DNA from: Hemiscyllium ocellatum
Taxonomy: Eukaryota
Assembly: GCF_020745735.1 (NCBI RefSeq)
Contig: NC_083424.1
Span: 49,772,999 to 49,836,998, forward strand
Direction: 5' to 3'
DNA length: 64,000 nucleotides
In this document: positions 62,822 to 64,000 of the stretch, in pieces
How the letters are laid out: each line of letters starts with the position of its first letter
Numbering within the stretch: the first letter of the stretch is position 1
Notes under the pieces: generated by a model
Told to the model about the DNA's origin: nothing
Seen by the model: the letters and a program-made list of their open reading frames with translations, nothing else
Databases searched by the model: none
Position numbers and translations under genes: made by a program

Positions 62822-64000
62822 CTACATATTCATATATAAATCCTGTCAAAATGCTATTCTCATTCAGTGGCTGCACTTAACATTGAACGTGTCGGCAGGA
62901 TTGCGTATGCGCAATGATACTGTCAGAGAATCAAAGAATACCTCAGTGCGGAAGGAGCCAATTGGTCCTTTAAGTCTACACCCACCCTCTGAAGACCATC
63001 CCGCCAAGACCACCAGCTTGGCATCATTGCGACAATCAAAAGATTTGTGACAAAGGACTTAACACACTCTTGGCACCTGAAATTTTGATGTTCAGAATTT
63101 TGTTCTCTCTGACTATATATTTCCACAAACAATATTTGTGTCAAATCACGTTTTACAAACCTCTGTCTGTACGTGAGCCCGAGTTCAGGGATTTAAATGG
63201 ACATTATTTAATTATTGTTGCCCTGTCTTGTGTTAAACAATAAGTGTTTGCCGATAAACAATGTTTCTGCTTGTGGAAGTAAGATGTGAAATGCTTTTGT
63301 CGTGAACAACAGTCAGTAAATACATTGCTCAATTTGGTCGTTTGAAGGGTTAAGATTAGGATTAACCCTAACCCAACCCTTTCTCTCAGGTTTTGAAACA
63401 GTGAAGCTCGATTATCGGCGCCTTAGTTTAATTTTGGTCACAACTGGATCGTGGCAAACAGAACTGTATACAGCAATTTAAGCACGGGTTTACCGATGAT
63501 TTTTTTAAATGGCAAAAGTATTACATTATTTCTTGTCCACTATTTTTCTACTAATGCATAGTAAATTCTCATTTGCGTTCACGGCAGCAAGTAACAATGA
63601 TATCGATTCCACTATTGTCTTACAGATAACCGTTCATACTTTCACTTATTTTTATCATTATTAAATAATAGTCAATTCCTCAATTATTTACATTTTGCAA
63701 AATTGTATTTCATTTTCCAAACAATTATACAATGATAAAATGCATTCAAATCATGCGCTGGATTGCGCTGCTTGGCTTTGAAATCTCGCATTTAGCGTTC
63801 AGTTGTAGTGTTACAAATGTGTTCTTAATTCCATGCTCCAAATCACAAACATATTAAATAAAACCTGTCCTCAACAAACGTCGTTGGGCACCTAAAGGGA
63901 TTTGGGAGTCCATTTGGCTGGTGAGTGGTTTGCCATGTAGCCTGGCATTAATGGCATCGTTTCAATTCCCACATCGAATGACGATTACCATGAAGGTCCT

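Larger units (their letters stand above)
55370..64000 (-). repeat. Tandem IgL cluster unit 3, downstream spacer only (C and VJ would lie beyond the window)
   Basis: Colinear with unit 1 ~970-6630; the window ends in sequence homologous to ~6625. Confidence 0.85.

Overview
Vertebrate genomic DNA, most consistent with a shark (HE1/V-SINE-like SINEs, CR1 LINEs, cluster-type Ig genes). The window covers part of a tandem array of lambda-type (type II/NS3-like) immunoglobulin light-chain clusters on the minus strand. Three paralogous units share a non-coding backbone: ~1-22.9 kb, ~22.9-55.4 kb and ~55.4-64 kb (partial). Unit 1 has an apparently intact gene: octamer/TATA promoter, leader exon (19713-19758), germline-joined VJ exon with no RSS (19219-19566), C exon (15788-16110) and poly(A) signals. 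Unit 2 keeps an intact C exon (49532-49854, 96% identical to the first), but its promoter, leader and VJ are missing and a truncated Penelope-like retroelement (PLE) sits in their place, leaving an orphan C. The rest is retroelement-rich: nested CR1 LINEs (one apparently full length), several PLEs with minimal hammerhead-ribozyme motifs, a decayed Gmr1-type Gypsy element with integrase before RT, SINEs and a ~70-bp satellite. Several non-coding blocks are conserved between units and may be enhancers or exons of an antisense transcript. Ig exon boundaries and motif positions were read base by base; most TE boundaries are approximate, and family names come from motif recognition, not database searches.
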